A stretch of DNA of 63,508 nucleotides, counting the filler, from Basidiobolus ranarum (taxonomy: Eukaryota): NCBI GenBank assembly GCA_040143965.1. It is 9 parts of 9 records of this genome, joined end to end, with 100 filler letters (N's around TTAATTAATTAA, not from the genome) between each part and the next. Parts side by side here need not be neighbours in the genome. Positions count along the whole stretch, not along the records: positions 35,358 to 42,322 come from JASJQH010001203.1; positions 42,423 to 49,385 come from JASJQH010001204.1; positions 49,486 to 56,447 come from JASJQH010001205.1; 6 more parts are not named here. One strand, given 5' to 3'. Both the position numbers and the translations under genes were made by a program. Below the pieces are notes generated by a model. That model was not told where the DNA came from and ran no database searches. It saw only the letters and a list, made by a program, of their open reading frames with translations. How positions within the stretch are numbered: the first letter of the stretch is position 1; every line of letters starts with the position of its first letter. Below, in pieces: positions 39,744 to 52,567 of the stretch.

Positions 39744-41493
39744 TCATAGTTCTTTGACCTTGATAGGCTTAGTGATTGATCTGAAGATATCAAGGAAGTA
39801 CATCGTAGAGTTAACCAAGATCAAAGAGAATACCGTAATGGTGGCAAGTACTATAAAGTACAAATCATAGTTACTTGCTTTCCAGTAGCTCATTCGAGAA
39901 TCCAGAGTTTGATATAATCTTTTAGCAGGATCATCCTGTGCTTTTGTATAGATCAATTGCTAAGCTATATCTGCCGCGTGGTTGATTCGCTTAGAATTGA
40001 TGTGAGCCAAGATTTTCATATGTTGCACGTTCCTTTCAAATTTCTCTTCTTTATCCGAAACCAGCAATCTTGTTTCTTTAATCATATCTGCAGACGAGAA
40101 GGTCTTTAATTCCATCAACATGGCGACACCGGCTGCATGGAGATTACCGGCATTGTAAAAGTGATCACCAAATACTGGTAAACCTAAAACCTTAGTACCA
40201 GTAAGTAATGCCTCATTCGAGCTATCCAAACCACCATGTGATACAAATAGAACAGTATTAGGGTGGGATAAGATAGAGAATTGGGGTGCAAATTGGAGAA
40301 TTCTGATGTCACGATGTTCATTATTCAGAACCGTATGCGTCACAATTGTTGAGTTGTTGATATGCATCTCAGAAGGGAAATCACTCTCCGATATTTGCGC
40401 AAGTGGCCATATAACTCCATCAATAACACCGTCATCAAGTAAATGCAGAACACTTCTCAAGATCTTCTCCGCAGAGGCTGCACTAAGAATGACCATTGTG
40501 CCAAACGCTATATAAACAACCTTTTTTCGTTCATCAAGAAACGATAACAACTCCGGGGTTAGCGGCGGATACTCACGAGAAATCAAAGGCCCAATGAGGT
40601 GTACGTTGGGTGGTAAGTGTTTGGGACTCTACAAAGCAGGGTTAGTATCTAGTTGAATCTCAGTCAGTTAGGCTAGATACTCACCTCGATACCAAAGAAA
40701 CTATTTGCGAAAATAACTCCTTTGTCTATATTGTTAAAGCCAAACTCTTTACGTGCTGCTCCACCCATACTGATTCTATCTCGATTCGCCTTTAACGAAT
40801 ATTGCCATTCTTTCCAATGATATATTATTTGGTCTATGATGTTTGATTTAAACCGTCCTATGATTCCTATATTTTCTGTTGGGGTAAACGAAATGTCTAG
40901 AGAATTAGAGACATATCCTGATGTGGAATTCACTAAGAGGAATGAGTATTTGACCGTAGAACGTTGATATATTGAAGGGACCTACACATTCCCAGTGAAG
41001 GAATCTGCACCGTGAACTGAATGTCCAGGTGGTAAGCAGCATCGATGCAGCCAAAGTTATAAATATCGCACATGACAAGGTCTGGCTTCTCTTTGATGAA
41101 CAATTCACGAAGTGGCAAATACGATGACTTGTATGATAAAGACCACATGATATCGACTGATTCATGAATATCCGTTGTAGCCTTTAATGCGACTTCTTTC
41201 GCCAATACTTTGAGTTCAGCCAAAGTAACTGTTCCCTGGCCTATGGATATGGTATCAAATCCCCAAGGCTTTGCCAGATCAGTGAATAGGTCATAGCTTA
41301 CAAAGGCAACCTCATGGCCACGCTCTTTCAACGCCGCCCCAATTTGAAACATTGGTTTCGCATGAGAGTATCCCCCGTAATGAGATGAGATGAATACTTT
41401 TCTAGGTTGATGCCAGGTTTGATTGAGTAAGCTCTGGCTTGCTACGACCAAGGAGAGAAGCGTGGATTGAATGAACAATTGTTGTGACTTCAT
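39744..41493 (-). pseudogene. UDP-glycosyltransferase (GT1/UGT), 3 exons, with premature TAG
   Basis: Signal peptide; GGYSHAKP…RGHEV; VYIAFGT; FAPQFSILSHP…FVSHGG…GLPVFGDH; in-frame TAG at 39960-39962 (AADIA*QLIY) before the C-terminal TM segment. Confidence 0.8.
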
Positions 41494-42215
41494 ACTGAAT
41501 TGGGTTGCTCTGATGATTTAGAGCGTCTTTATATAGTAGGGTCTCTCATCCAGGAATTTGAATATCTTGCCTTTAAGAGCATTCATTGTGTTTCCTATAG
41601 AAAGATACAAATACCTTTCAGAAACAGTTACTATGACGATGCAAACACGATCATCACACTATTGGTTCGGCCTAGAGTACGGGTTATTTGAAAATTGCAC
41701 ACCGAGCTGCATCAGTCCAACTAAACCGCAATCTGTGGTGGTGTTACCTCGGAAAAAAGCAGCACTTCTGCCGATCTTGAATAAAAGAATTATCAAAGGC
41801 CAAGAAGTGAGGTGAATACGATGCTACTTTATAACTTCATATTGGTGGACTCTTTTGCGTATACAGCACTTGTTGAAACCAAATCATATTCTCTGCCAAT
41901 GAATAGATATGCCAACCGACTTCAGTTCGGCTGAGTAACAAGCGAAAGAGCTACTTATTTTGCATGTATACATAGCAATTGATTGGTTGTACGCTATTAC
42001 ATATATTTCTATTTGTGTGTAACCCATTTAGGACAGTTGTGTTGAACGTGATCTAAGTTGACTTGTTTTTGAACCTACATTAATCAATGAATTTCGCTTT
42101 GACTACCGCTGAATATTCTAGAAACAACTAATTTTAATCTCTCATATTTGCAACGGCACTTATATGACTGAGTCCGAAAGTCAATGGAAGCATCGACACA
42201 ATGACTACACTTTTT

Positions 42216-42322
42216 GGGTTAGGGGGGATGAAAAGCACCACAGGGTGTAATCTTTATTTATCTCAAGTCATACAACACAAATAAACAAAGAAGCCAAATT
42301 GAAAGTAAAAGTCAAAGGTTTA
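42216..42322 (-). repeat. Second copy of the unclassified repeat end
   Basis: Shares the 22-mer with 20972; on the minus strand reads AATAAA…CCCCCCTAACCC-A5. Confidence 0.6.
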
Positions 42323-42422
42323 NNNNNNNNNNNNNNNNNNNNNNNNNNNNNNNNNNNNNNNNNNNNTTAATTAATTAANNNNNNNNNNNNNNNNNNNNNN
42401 NNNNNNNNNNNNNNNNNNNNNN
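42323..42422. other. Artificial contig linker
   Basis: N44-TTAATTAATTAA-N44. Confidence 0.98.
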
Positions 42423-43529
42423 TGCGTCCAGTGTTTTACCTTGTTGCAAAGCTATCACCTTCGCATCGAGTAGTTTACTGTTCACTTGTCTCTTAACCAG
42501 GGCATCAATATCTACAGCTGGTTTTCCTTGGTCATCTTTGAGAGCTTTGACTTTTGCATCTAGTGTTCTGCCTTCTTGCAGAGCTATTACCTTCGCATCG
42601 AGTAGTTTACTGTTCACTACCTGTCGCTTGACTAGTGCGTCGACATCTATAGCCGGCTTTCCTTGGTCGTCTTTGAGAGCTTTGACTTTTGCGTCTAGTG
42701 TTCTGCCTTCCTGCAAAGCTAGTACCTTGGCATCAAGCAATTTACTATTCACCTGTCGCTTGACCAGTGCATCAATATCGACAGTTGGTTTTCCTTGGTC
42801 ATCTTTGAGGGCTTTGACCTTTGCGTCTAGTGTTCTGCCTTCCTGCAAAGCTAGTACTTTTGCATCTAGTAGCTTACTGTTGACCTGTCGCTTGACCAGT
42901 GCATCGATATCTACAGCTGGCTTTCCTTGGTTATCTTTGAGAGCTTTGACTTTTGCGTCCAGTGTTCTACCTTCCTGTAAGGCTATCACCTTTGCATCAA
43001 GTAATTTACTATTCACCTGCCGCTTGACCAGTGCATCAATATCGACAGCTGGTTTTCCTTGCTCATCTTTCAAAGCCTTGACTTTGGCATCCAAGGTTTT
43101 CCCTCCTTGTAAGGCATTTACATCGGTATCCAATAAACTGGTGTTGAGCTGTCTTTTTGTAACATGGTGTTCACTCTTTGGTAAATTCTGAATCTCAGTT
43201 TTTACCGAACTTCTTTCTTTCAGTTTCCTAGAGAAGTGAAGTTTTCGAGAAGGTTGGATTCTATTACGTTTTCTTAAGCTCATTTTACCCACAGATCTTC
43301 CGGTGGCTGATGCGAACTTACTTCTCTTGGATAAATTGAATTTCTTGGTATCGGTTAGCAAGTGATTTCTAGATATTGAATGTGTTTGTAACCAACGGCG
43401 CTGATTGTTCATGAAATTCGAGTGACCAAGGGACTTCATTTTCTCCAACAACTTGACATTCACTGGGCCAGCCAGGCATTGAGATGTTGCCAACATAAGG
43501 CATACAATGGCACAAGTAGTAGATCTCAT
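42423..43529 (-). CDS. Secreted Kex2-processed repeat protein (KEP) precursor; 3' truncated
   Basis: Signal peptide MRSTTCAIVCLMLATSQCLA; basic pro-region; at least 6 KR-delimited 44-aa units (132 bp) from 43151 to the contig end; TATAAAA about 85 bp upstream. Confidence 0.9.
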
Positions 43530-44018
43530 CTCAAGGTAAGCGGAAGATTGGGGGGAAATCGATATCAAAGAAAGTGGACTCTGGTTTGTCGTACTTGACC
43601 CATGAAGACTTTTATAGAGGATCGACGTGTCGAATTCACCCAATCTATCTTATCAGAATGAATGTTCCGTGGTTGGAGTTCGTACATCATTGTAACGCAT
43701 TAGCGCTTTGGACAATGTGTCACATTGTCGCACTTACATCCTAATCGTTGGTAATATCTGTGCGTAAGGAGTTATCGTCAGATTGCTTGTCAACTTGCCT
43801 GTTAACCTTGATCATTGATTTTCTTTTCTTTCACGCAGATCCTGTGGGAAGTAATGCCCGGGATTGTTTTTGATCGACAGGACTGAAACCCTACAATAAT
43901 CTCCGATAAACACATCAACCTTATAAATGATAACTGTTCCTAACAATCTTATGAATGCTAACTAATTTCAACAAGTCAAACACTCCATCTATCAACGAAT
44001 AATACCTGTGAATTCCAA

Positions 44019-44828
44019 ATGAAATTTCATTTCTCAGTTTTGAACCTGCTGATTGCTGGTCTCACCGTGGTTAATAGAGTCCAGTGTCAACAAGACATCG
44101 ACTTTGAGCAACTTCTAACTATGACTCGTGGACGACATATCGAGGTTATACCTTCTGAAGATGGCTCTGGTAACTCAGATATCATCATCATAGTCAAAGA
44201 TCCAGACAGTCCTCGGAGTGATCACCAAGATGTTAACGACCGTGCTTCGCAGCGAAATCGCCATGGTACTGACCAATCTACAAGTCAACATCCGGAACAA
44301 AACACCCCAAATAAAAGTGTCAACGATAAAGAAATGACTACACCAACTGCTGATACAAGTAGCCATGGGCAACTTGATACGGGAAATCAAGCACAAACTG
44401 AAGTTCAGGCTTCTCCCTCCTCACAAAACACCAAACCTGCTATCTCTGCTGAAGTGACCAAGACAAATATTGGTCCTGAGTCAAGCAGACAAACTACCGA
44501 GTCAAGACTTAATCCTACTGAAACATCTCCTCCGGAAACTCCGGGGACTACACCTCAAATACCAACTATTGTTCCAATACCTGTGACAAAACCAACTGCT
44601 ACCAATGACCCACTATCTATTCCTACTAGCGCCTCACAAATCAAATCGGCGTCCACCTCCTCAAGTCTACCTTGGTCCTTTTCCCGCGTATCTACAGGTA
44701 CTTCTGCCAAACCAACTAATGTTCGCCCTTCACTGATTCCCCCAGCGATTTCTGAAGCACTTTCTTATCAACTAAGTTATTTACATATCCTGTGTGTCAC
44801 CCTTCTAGCTGTACAGATTTTTCAGTAA
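44019..44828 (+). CDS. Secreted, probably GPI-anchored Ser/Thr/Pro-rich surface protein
   Basis: Signal peptide, S/T/P/Q-rich body, hydrophobic C-terminal tail; intronless 269-aa ORF. Confidence 0.75.
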   Translation: MKFHFSVLNLLIAGLTVVNRVQCQQDIDFEQLLTMTRGRHIEVIPSEDGSGNSDIIIIVKDPDSPRSDHQDVNDRASQRNRHGTDQSTSQHPEQNTPNKSVNDKEMTTPTADTSSHGQLDTGNQAQTEVQASPSSQNTKPAISAEVTKTNIGPESSRQTTESRLNPTETSPPETPGTTPQIPTIVPIPVTKPTATNDPLSIPTSASQIKSASTSSSLPWSFSRVSTGTSAKPTNVRPSLIPPAISEALSYQLSYLHILCVTLLAVQIFQ

Positions 44829-45313
44829 ATCAAGTTTTGTTGGTTTCATAATATCACGCTTAAACGCTTCCTTTACCATGTGGATATCAATAAATTTGCC
44901 TACACCATTGATTTGTATAATGAAGGAGAAAGAGAAGACGGCCTTAGCTTTGGGCGAAGCCAAAAGGCCGTCAATTTAAAAAAATTATGCCAGCAAAATC
45001 TCTTGATGACGATTCTGCGTAGTGCACAATGCAAACTACGTGGCATTAATTCGCCACTGGCCCTTTTTAAAGAAAATTTCAGTGAAATTTAGGATTAATT
45101 TATAAATAGATTCAGTATATGTGGGTTTATGGGACCAGATCCCTTTTACTATTGCCCTATAGCTTTACTTTGGATGAAATTTAACATGGATTTCAATTTT
45201 TTCCAACTGAATCGAAATCTAGGATGATGATGGTTAATGATTGAATATGGATTTTATTCACTTTAACTTCTCTAACCAAACCAAATCCAACCCAACCTCT
45301 TTACAAATACAAG

Positions 45314-46819
45314 ATGGGTGATGCCGGTTTTTTCAAAGTATTTCAATACTATGGTTAAGAATGTTTACCTGAATATTAAGTTACTAAACTATACAAATAT
45401 TCTCTTATTTTAGGGAACAAGCTCTGAACAAGACAGTCGTTTTAGTAATAAAGAGAAGAAACTCTTAAAGTCTATGAGTTTTCCACCCGAATTTAACAAA
45501 AAGGTAAGCAACCCTTGATGGTTCAAACGCGAAATTCTTCAGTACTCATGGCTTTATTCCAAACGACTTTTATGGAGGGAAACCCCTTCCCCCCTTATTA
45601 TATATATATACTTGAAAATATCTCCTTTATCGTGTTAAGGTTTCAAAGTCGCTTCGTAGTCCATATGAATCCCATTTTGAACTTACTTGATGTATCAAGC
45701 TGAACCTATTCAATGGCTAGAGTACTAGGAATTTCCTAACACTTTTCTTGGTTATTTTCTTTTGAATATCGTCAGAATAGTTTGGTAAACTTTTCCCTTT
45801 GACTTCCTCTTTCTTCAGGTCGATATTAAAAAGGTGAACTTGGCAGTTATGAAACCTTGGATCACTACCAAAGTTACGGAAATACTGGGAATGGAAGATG
45901 AAGTTGTTATAGATTTCGTATTTAGTTTATTGGAACAAGAAGTAAGTAATATTGATATTAAAACTACTTTATGTCAACCTAAAGTGGATTTTCTATTCCT
46001 TTTAGAATCTAGATCCAAAAAATATGCAAATCAATTTGACAGGATTTTTAGAAGCTAAAACTCAAACGTTTGTTCTGGAATTATGGAAACTTTTATTAAG
46101 TGCACAAGATAGTATTGGTGGTATACCTGGTGAATTCTTGGAACAAAAAAAGGAAGAGCTACGTAGAAAAAAGGTATGTACATTCTATATATTAGAAGCC
46201 TTTCTTACATATAGTAACGTAATCAAATTTAGGTGGAAGAAGAAAAGATTATGGAACAAATTCGAGAGAGAAAAGAAAAAGAATTACGGGAACGAAATAA
46301 CTTAGATGGTATTAGAGAACGTGAGAAACGGGAACGAAGGGTATTGTTCGAGATGTACATATTATCCACATAATTCAATTCTAATTGATTCCATTGTAAT
46401 GCTAGGTTTTTCGGGAAGACAGAGGTCACAGAGACAATAGAGATCGGGCAAGACGCACTAGTCCCAAGGATGGTGAAGCCCCACACCGGTCTAGACGTAG
46501 TCGCAGTGACTCTCGCGAGAGAAGACGCGAGAGAAATAGAAGCCCTCAAAAGCACCGTCGTGACAGAAGCTCAAGCCGGGAGCGCCGACGTGAGAGAAGA
46601 CCTAATAGCCGTCGTAGTCGCAGCAGATCTCATAGCCCAAACGACAAACGCCAACAGAGTGATAAATCCTCACGTAGACATAAGCAATCAAGGCCACGAA
46701 GCCCAACCCGTGTTGAAAACCCTGTCACGTTAGCAAATGATCCAGATGTTAAAGTATCCGAAGTTGACGCTCAACCTGGGAAAACCATACCAAAATCTAG
46801 GTGGGACAAAGAAAACTAG
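45314..46819 (+). CDS. SRRM1: PWI-domain SR-related splicing factor (SRRM1/SRm160-like)
   Basis: MGDAGFFKGTSSEQDSRFSNKEKKLLK…KVNLAVMKPWI…MQINLTGFL…ELWKLLLSAQ, then an RS-rich tail; 5 introns. Confidence 0.9.
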
Positions 46820-47183
46820 CAGACATTGATCAAGTTAATAAATAAAAAAGAATACGCTATTCTTAGTTGTAAATCTTAAACAGACTTGTGATCAAAAGTG
46901 ATTTTTTAGATACCGATGATATGATAGGTTTATCTGACATTTTCCAAATGCCCCTGTACTCTTTTTTTCAACGAGTTGGCGATCCGAATTTGTAGAAATA
47001 AAAATATCAGGAATACCGCGAAGTTCCTTCTTTTTCGCTACCGACTCCCGTCAAGGTAAACTTGTTTTCAAAATCCATCCGTATTTGGTGTTCATCCATC
47101 GCGAACGGTGGTCGATAACTATTGCCCCTCTTTCCACACACCTTATTAACATTATATTCTCTATAGCTAAGGTTTAGAGCAAA

Positions 47184-47372
47184 ATGGCCAAGTCCAAGAA
47201 TCATACCAATCACAACCAAAACCGCAAGGCTCACCGTAACGGTATTAAGAAGCCTAGAGCCCAACGTCATCCTTCACTCAGAGGTGTTGACCCCAAGTTC
47301 CTTCGTAACCAACGTTTTGCCAAGAAGGGTACTCAAGCTGCTGTTAGAGCCGCCAAGGATTCTCAACAATAA
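47184..47372 (+). CDS. RPL29: 60S ribosomal protein L29 (eL29)
   Basis: [24 protein letters not shown]…[16 protein letters not shown]. Confidence 0.97.
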   Translation: MAKSKNHTNHNQNRKAHRNGIKKPRAQRHPSLRGVDPKFLRNQRFAKKGTQAAVRAAKDSQQ

Positions 47373-48218
47373 TCACTTTTACATTTTTCGGTAAACCTGA
47401 GATTGGATTTAGCCTCCAAATAAATATCTAAAGCATCATTGTCTTCATTACCAATATATATGTTAGTGCTGTGTGACAGACAGAGCAGTAGTTATACATA
47501 AATGCCTTGTAAAGATCATTGTGAATGTGCGATATGGCCAAAATTAAGTTATATAGTAGTAAATATATGCATATACACATGTGGCGTTCTGTAATTGTTG
47601 ATTTTGTAGTATCTGGCTGTTGTTTATTTAAGTTGATGGGTATGGTAACTCGATTCACTTGGCCTAACCCTATCCACTACTACTGAATGCTCAATCAAAG
47701 TTAAAAATGCGTCAGCAAATGATAAAAAATTTGCATGGAGATCAATTTTAGTTGAACATGACAAAAAAAGGAATCCCTTGGGTGAAAAAAATTATGGTAA
47801 AGAAGTATGGAGGAGAATCAAATTGGTCGGCATTTTGATAATAAGCAACTCCCATTTGCCCTTCTGGTACGTTTCCAGATTATTGGTCCTAACAACAAAG
47901 GAAAGCTTTCTAGCTGAGGTTTGGTTTTTGGTGTGTGAAAATTTGGTTATCTTTGTTATTTTGTCTATTTTTTAAGAAAACCATAATACTTACAACTCGC
48001 ATTTCACACCTCAAGATTTCTTCCACCAGCATAAAACTGGGATATTTCAAGATCTACTATGTAAAGCGTCGTTTCTCTTCATTTTGTAACCTTGTGAGGT
48101 TTTCTTTTGTTAATGGAAGTTTTTATTTCTTTTTCAACAGAATATACATACATTGCACACGACATTGCTCGCATAACTACTTTCGTGATAACAAAAAAGA
48201 TATACAATTGGTGTAACT

Positions 48219-49320
<1,102 letters not shown>

Positions 49321-49325
49321 TAATC

Positions 49326-49385
49326 CTCAAATTTCTGTTAGGGAAATGTGAATTTGATCAAGCTCAAGTTGAATTCCTTGGATAT
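49326..49385 (+). mobile_element. Ty3/gypsy reverse-transcriptase fragment
   Basis: LKFLLGKCEFDQAQVEFLGY matches the KCEF….VEFLG motif. Confidence 0.65.
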
Positions 49386-49485
49386 NNNNNNNNNNNNNNN
49401 NNNNNNNNNNNNNNNNNNNNNNNNNNNNNTTAATTAATTAANNNNNNNNNNNNNNNNNNNNNNNNNNNNNNNNNNNNNNNNNNNN
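49386..49485. other. Artificial contig linker
   Basis: N44-TTAATTAATTAA-N44. Confidence 0.98.
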
Positions 49486-49499
49486 TATATATATCGTAG

Positions 49500-49724
49500 C
49501 TACTCAGAAAACTTCTATTCAGAATACACCTGTCGCTCAAAAAGCATCAGAGAAACCTACTGTCGGCTATAATGAGCTCCCTGCTCGTTTCAAGAGAATT
49601 CAGTTAACACCAGAAGAGATCGAAGCTGTGGAGGTACGTAGAGATTTTTTGTTCTTAGACTGTGAAGTAGCTACTGACATCAGTTTTTTAATGATAGATG
49701 GGTGGTGCCGGTTTTACTTACTGA
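49500..49724 (+). CDS. KGD4: 3' exons of KGD4/YMR31/MRPS36 (2-oxoglutarate dehydrogenase adaptor)
   Basis: NELPARFKRIQLTPEEIEAVE|MGGAG, the family C-terminal motif; 5' part off-contig. Confidence 0.8.
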
Positions 49725-50311
49725 AGTGCATGTCAAGGCAATTAATAAGCAGGTTAAAATAGCACTGTGATTTATCTTGATTTTCACACAACCGCATATA
49801 CACCAAACACTAAAATATATAAACTATGTAATCATTAACATTATCATATTATATTCTGTTGCGTATATACATTCAGTGAGTGTGTTGAACGTCAAAATGC
49901 CAATGTAATGAAGTCTGGTACTTGTCGAGAATGTACATGTATATACCGAAGTATGAAAAGCCACCTTGATTGATAAGAAACTCATAAATATCAAGATACG
50001 AAATTCATAAATATCAAGATTATGAATTCCACTTTGTTATTGAGCATTATATTTAACCAAATATGTCTAAATACATAAATATTGTAATAAAGGTCGACTA
50101 TTTTTTGAAAATAGCCATAATTACCAATGATTATTTGCCGATTATCATGCTTCTATTAGATCAATGGATCTACCGAGAGGATAAATTTGTTAAGTGGCGG
50201 AGAAGCGATGACGGGTAAGTTAAAAATTTTACTGTAGAGCAGTTATTCCTGTGTGTTCTCACTGTTCAGTTTCTACTTCCTTAATCTACTTTTTATTTGA
50301 TATCATTCAAT

Positions 50312-51463
50312 ATGGCCCAACAAGCTGCTAACTTCATGAGAGGTAACGGTAAATCTCTATTTACTGGTGGAGGTGCTTTGATTACTTTGGGTGCTCTTGG
50401 TTACGGTATCAATGCTTCCTTGTTTAACGGTAGGCACCTTTTAGATTTTGTGTATATATCATAAAAGTATCAAATATATTAATCCTTTCATAGTGGATGG
50501 TGGTCATAGAGCTGTCAAATACTCCAGAGTTTTTGGTGTTCAAAAGGAAATCTACCAAGAAGGTACTCATTTCGTCATTCCTTGGTTAGAGACTCCTATC
50601 ATTTATGACGTTCGTGCCAAGCCAAGAAACATCGCATCTTTGACCGGTACTAAAGGTAGGTCACTTTAAATTAGAACTCAAACTCTCAAGATTTTTTATT
50701 TATTTTATGAAATATGCTTTAGATCTTCAAATGGTCAATATTACTGTTCGTGTTCTTTCCAAGCCTCAGACTGAAGCCCTAGATACCATCTACAGAACTT
50801 TGGGTACTGATTACGATGAAAGAGTTTTGCCTTCCATTGTTAACGAAGTTTTGAAGAGTGTTGTTGCTCAATTCAATGCTTCTCAAATCATCACCCAGCG
50901 TGAACGTGTTAGTAGACTAGTACGCGAAAATCTTGTTCGTCGTGCTCTTCGTTTTAACATTGTTTTGGATGATGTTTCCATTACTCATGTTGCCTTCTCC
51001 CCTGAGTTCTCCACTGCTGTTGAAGCCAAGCAAATTGCTCAACAAGAAGCACAAAGAGCTTTCTTCATCGTTGAGCGTGCTAAGCAAGACAAACAATCCA
51101 CTATCATTAAGGCTGATGGTGAAGCACGTTCTGCTGAACTTATCGGTGAAGCTATCCGCAATAAGCCTGGTTTCATTGCTCTTAGAAAGATTGAAGCTGC
51201 TCGTGAAATTGCCCACATTATTGCCAACTCTAATAACCGTGTTATGTTGGATGCTGACACTCTTTTACTTAATGTCCAAAGCAACATGTAAGTCTTGTAT
51301 GCGTATCGAATGTTTAATGTTGTATTGAGACCTAATCATATTTTTGCTCAAAAGTTTACCAGCCACCACCATCCTCGGCGAAGCCTCCGCACCCTCCGCA
51401 CCTGCACCTGCCCCAGCTCCCATTCCAGTCGCTATCCCTGTGTCTGAAGATTCTGAGGAGTAG
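50312..51463 (+). CDS. PHB2: Prohibitin-2
   Basis: [16 protein letters not shown]…[25 protein letters not shown]…[23 protein letters not shown]…AQQEAQRA; final exon adds an Ala/Pro tail. Confidence 0.95.
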
Positions 51464-51904
51464 ATAATATAAGCCTGCATCATTCTACGTAGTAAATCTT
51501 TTTGTTTAGACTATACTTACTGTCTCATCTACAAACAACCTTCTGCACTTCTTTCAAATACCAGTGTTATATACATTTCTTACTATATTGTGGTCTTTGA
51601 GTTTAAAATTAAAAGCAACATTCAAAAGTATATCACCATTTAAACAGAATCCTATATATATCCATACAATTCTACAGATTTGCATTCACAATGAGAATGT
51701 TTAACCATGCATTTTAAGTATGTATATATATGAAAATAAGGGAATCACAACTCGAGACGAGCAAAATCATTTTTCACGGTTAATTTTTATCATTGACACG
51801 GGACTCTTCTAATCGAGTGACAATTTCTCAGAGTAATAAAAGATTCTGGACGAAGCGGTAGCAATCTTCCTCTTTCCATTTTCCCGTAGGGATATTCAGT
51901 CGAC

Positions 51905-52567
51905 ATGGTTAGTATTGTTATTTTTGTACTCACCGAGTTAGTTGGATGATACTTCAATGGATGGATGAAGATTGTTTGATTGATGAACTAACGAATATTG
52001 TGTGTATTTTAGGGTATTGACATTAAGAAACATCACGTTAAGAAGGGCAACAAAACTGAGCCCCGTAGTCAAGATGTCTACCTCAGATTATTGGTGAAAT
52101 TGTACAGATTCCTTGCTCGTCGTACTGACGCCAAGTTCAACAAGGTTATCCTCAAGCGTCTCTTTATGTCTCGCATCAACAGACCCCCTCTTTCCATCTC
52201 CCGCTTGACTCGTTATGTCAAAGGAAAGGAAGGCAAGATCGCTGTTGTTGTTGGTACCGTTACTGATGATGAACGCCTTTTGGAGGTTCCTAAGCTTTCA
52301 GTTTGTGCTCTTCGTATTACCAAGACTGCTCGTGCTAGAATTTTGAAGGCTGGCGGTGAAGTCATCACTTTCGATCAATTGGCTCTTCGTTCACCTACTG
52401 GTGCTAACACTGTTCTCTTGAGAGGTCCTAAGAACTCTCGTGAGGCCGTTAAGCACTTCGGTGCTGCTGGTGTCCCCAAGAGTCACGCTAAGCCTTATGT
52501 TCGTTCCAAGGGACGTAAGTTTGAACGTGCCAGAGGTCGTCGTGCTAGTCGTGGTTACAAGAACTAA
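51905..52567 (+). CDS. RPL18: 60S ribosomal protein L18 (eL18); intron directly after ATG
   Basis: ATG|intron 51908-52012|GIDI…[16 protein letters not shown]…[12 protein letters not shown]. Confidence 0.97.

Noticed and set aside
42538-43191. 217-aa antisense repeat ORF
   Set aside because: Shadow of the KEP repeats; the minus strand has the signal peptide, KR sites and synonymous-change pattern.
51908-52012. Possible intronic C/D snoRNA in RPL18
   Set aside because: No properly placed box C/box D (CTGA) pair or terminal stem.
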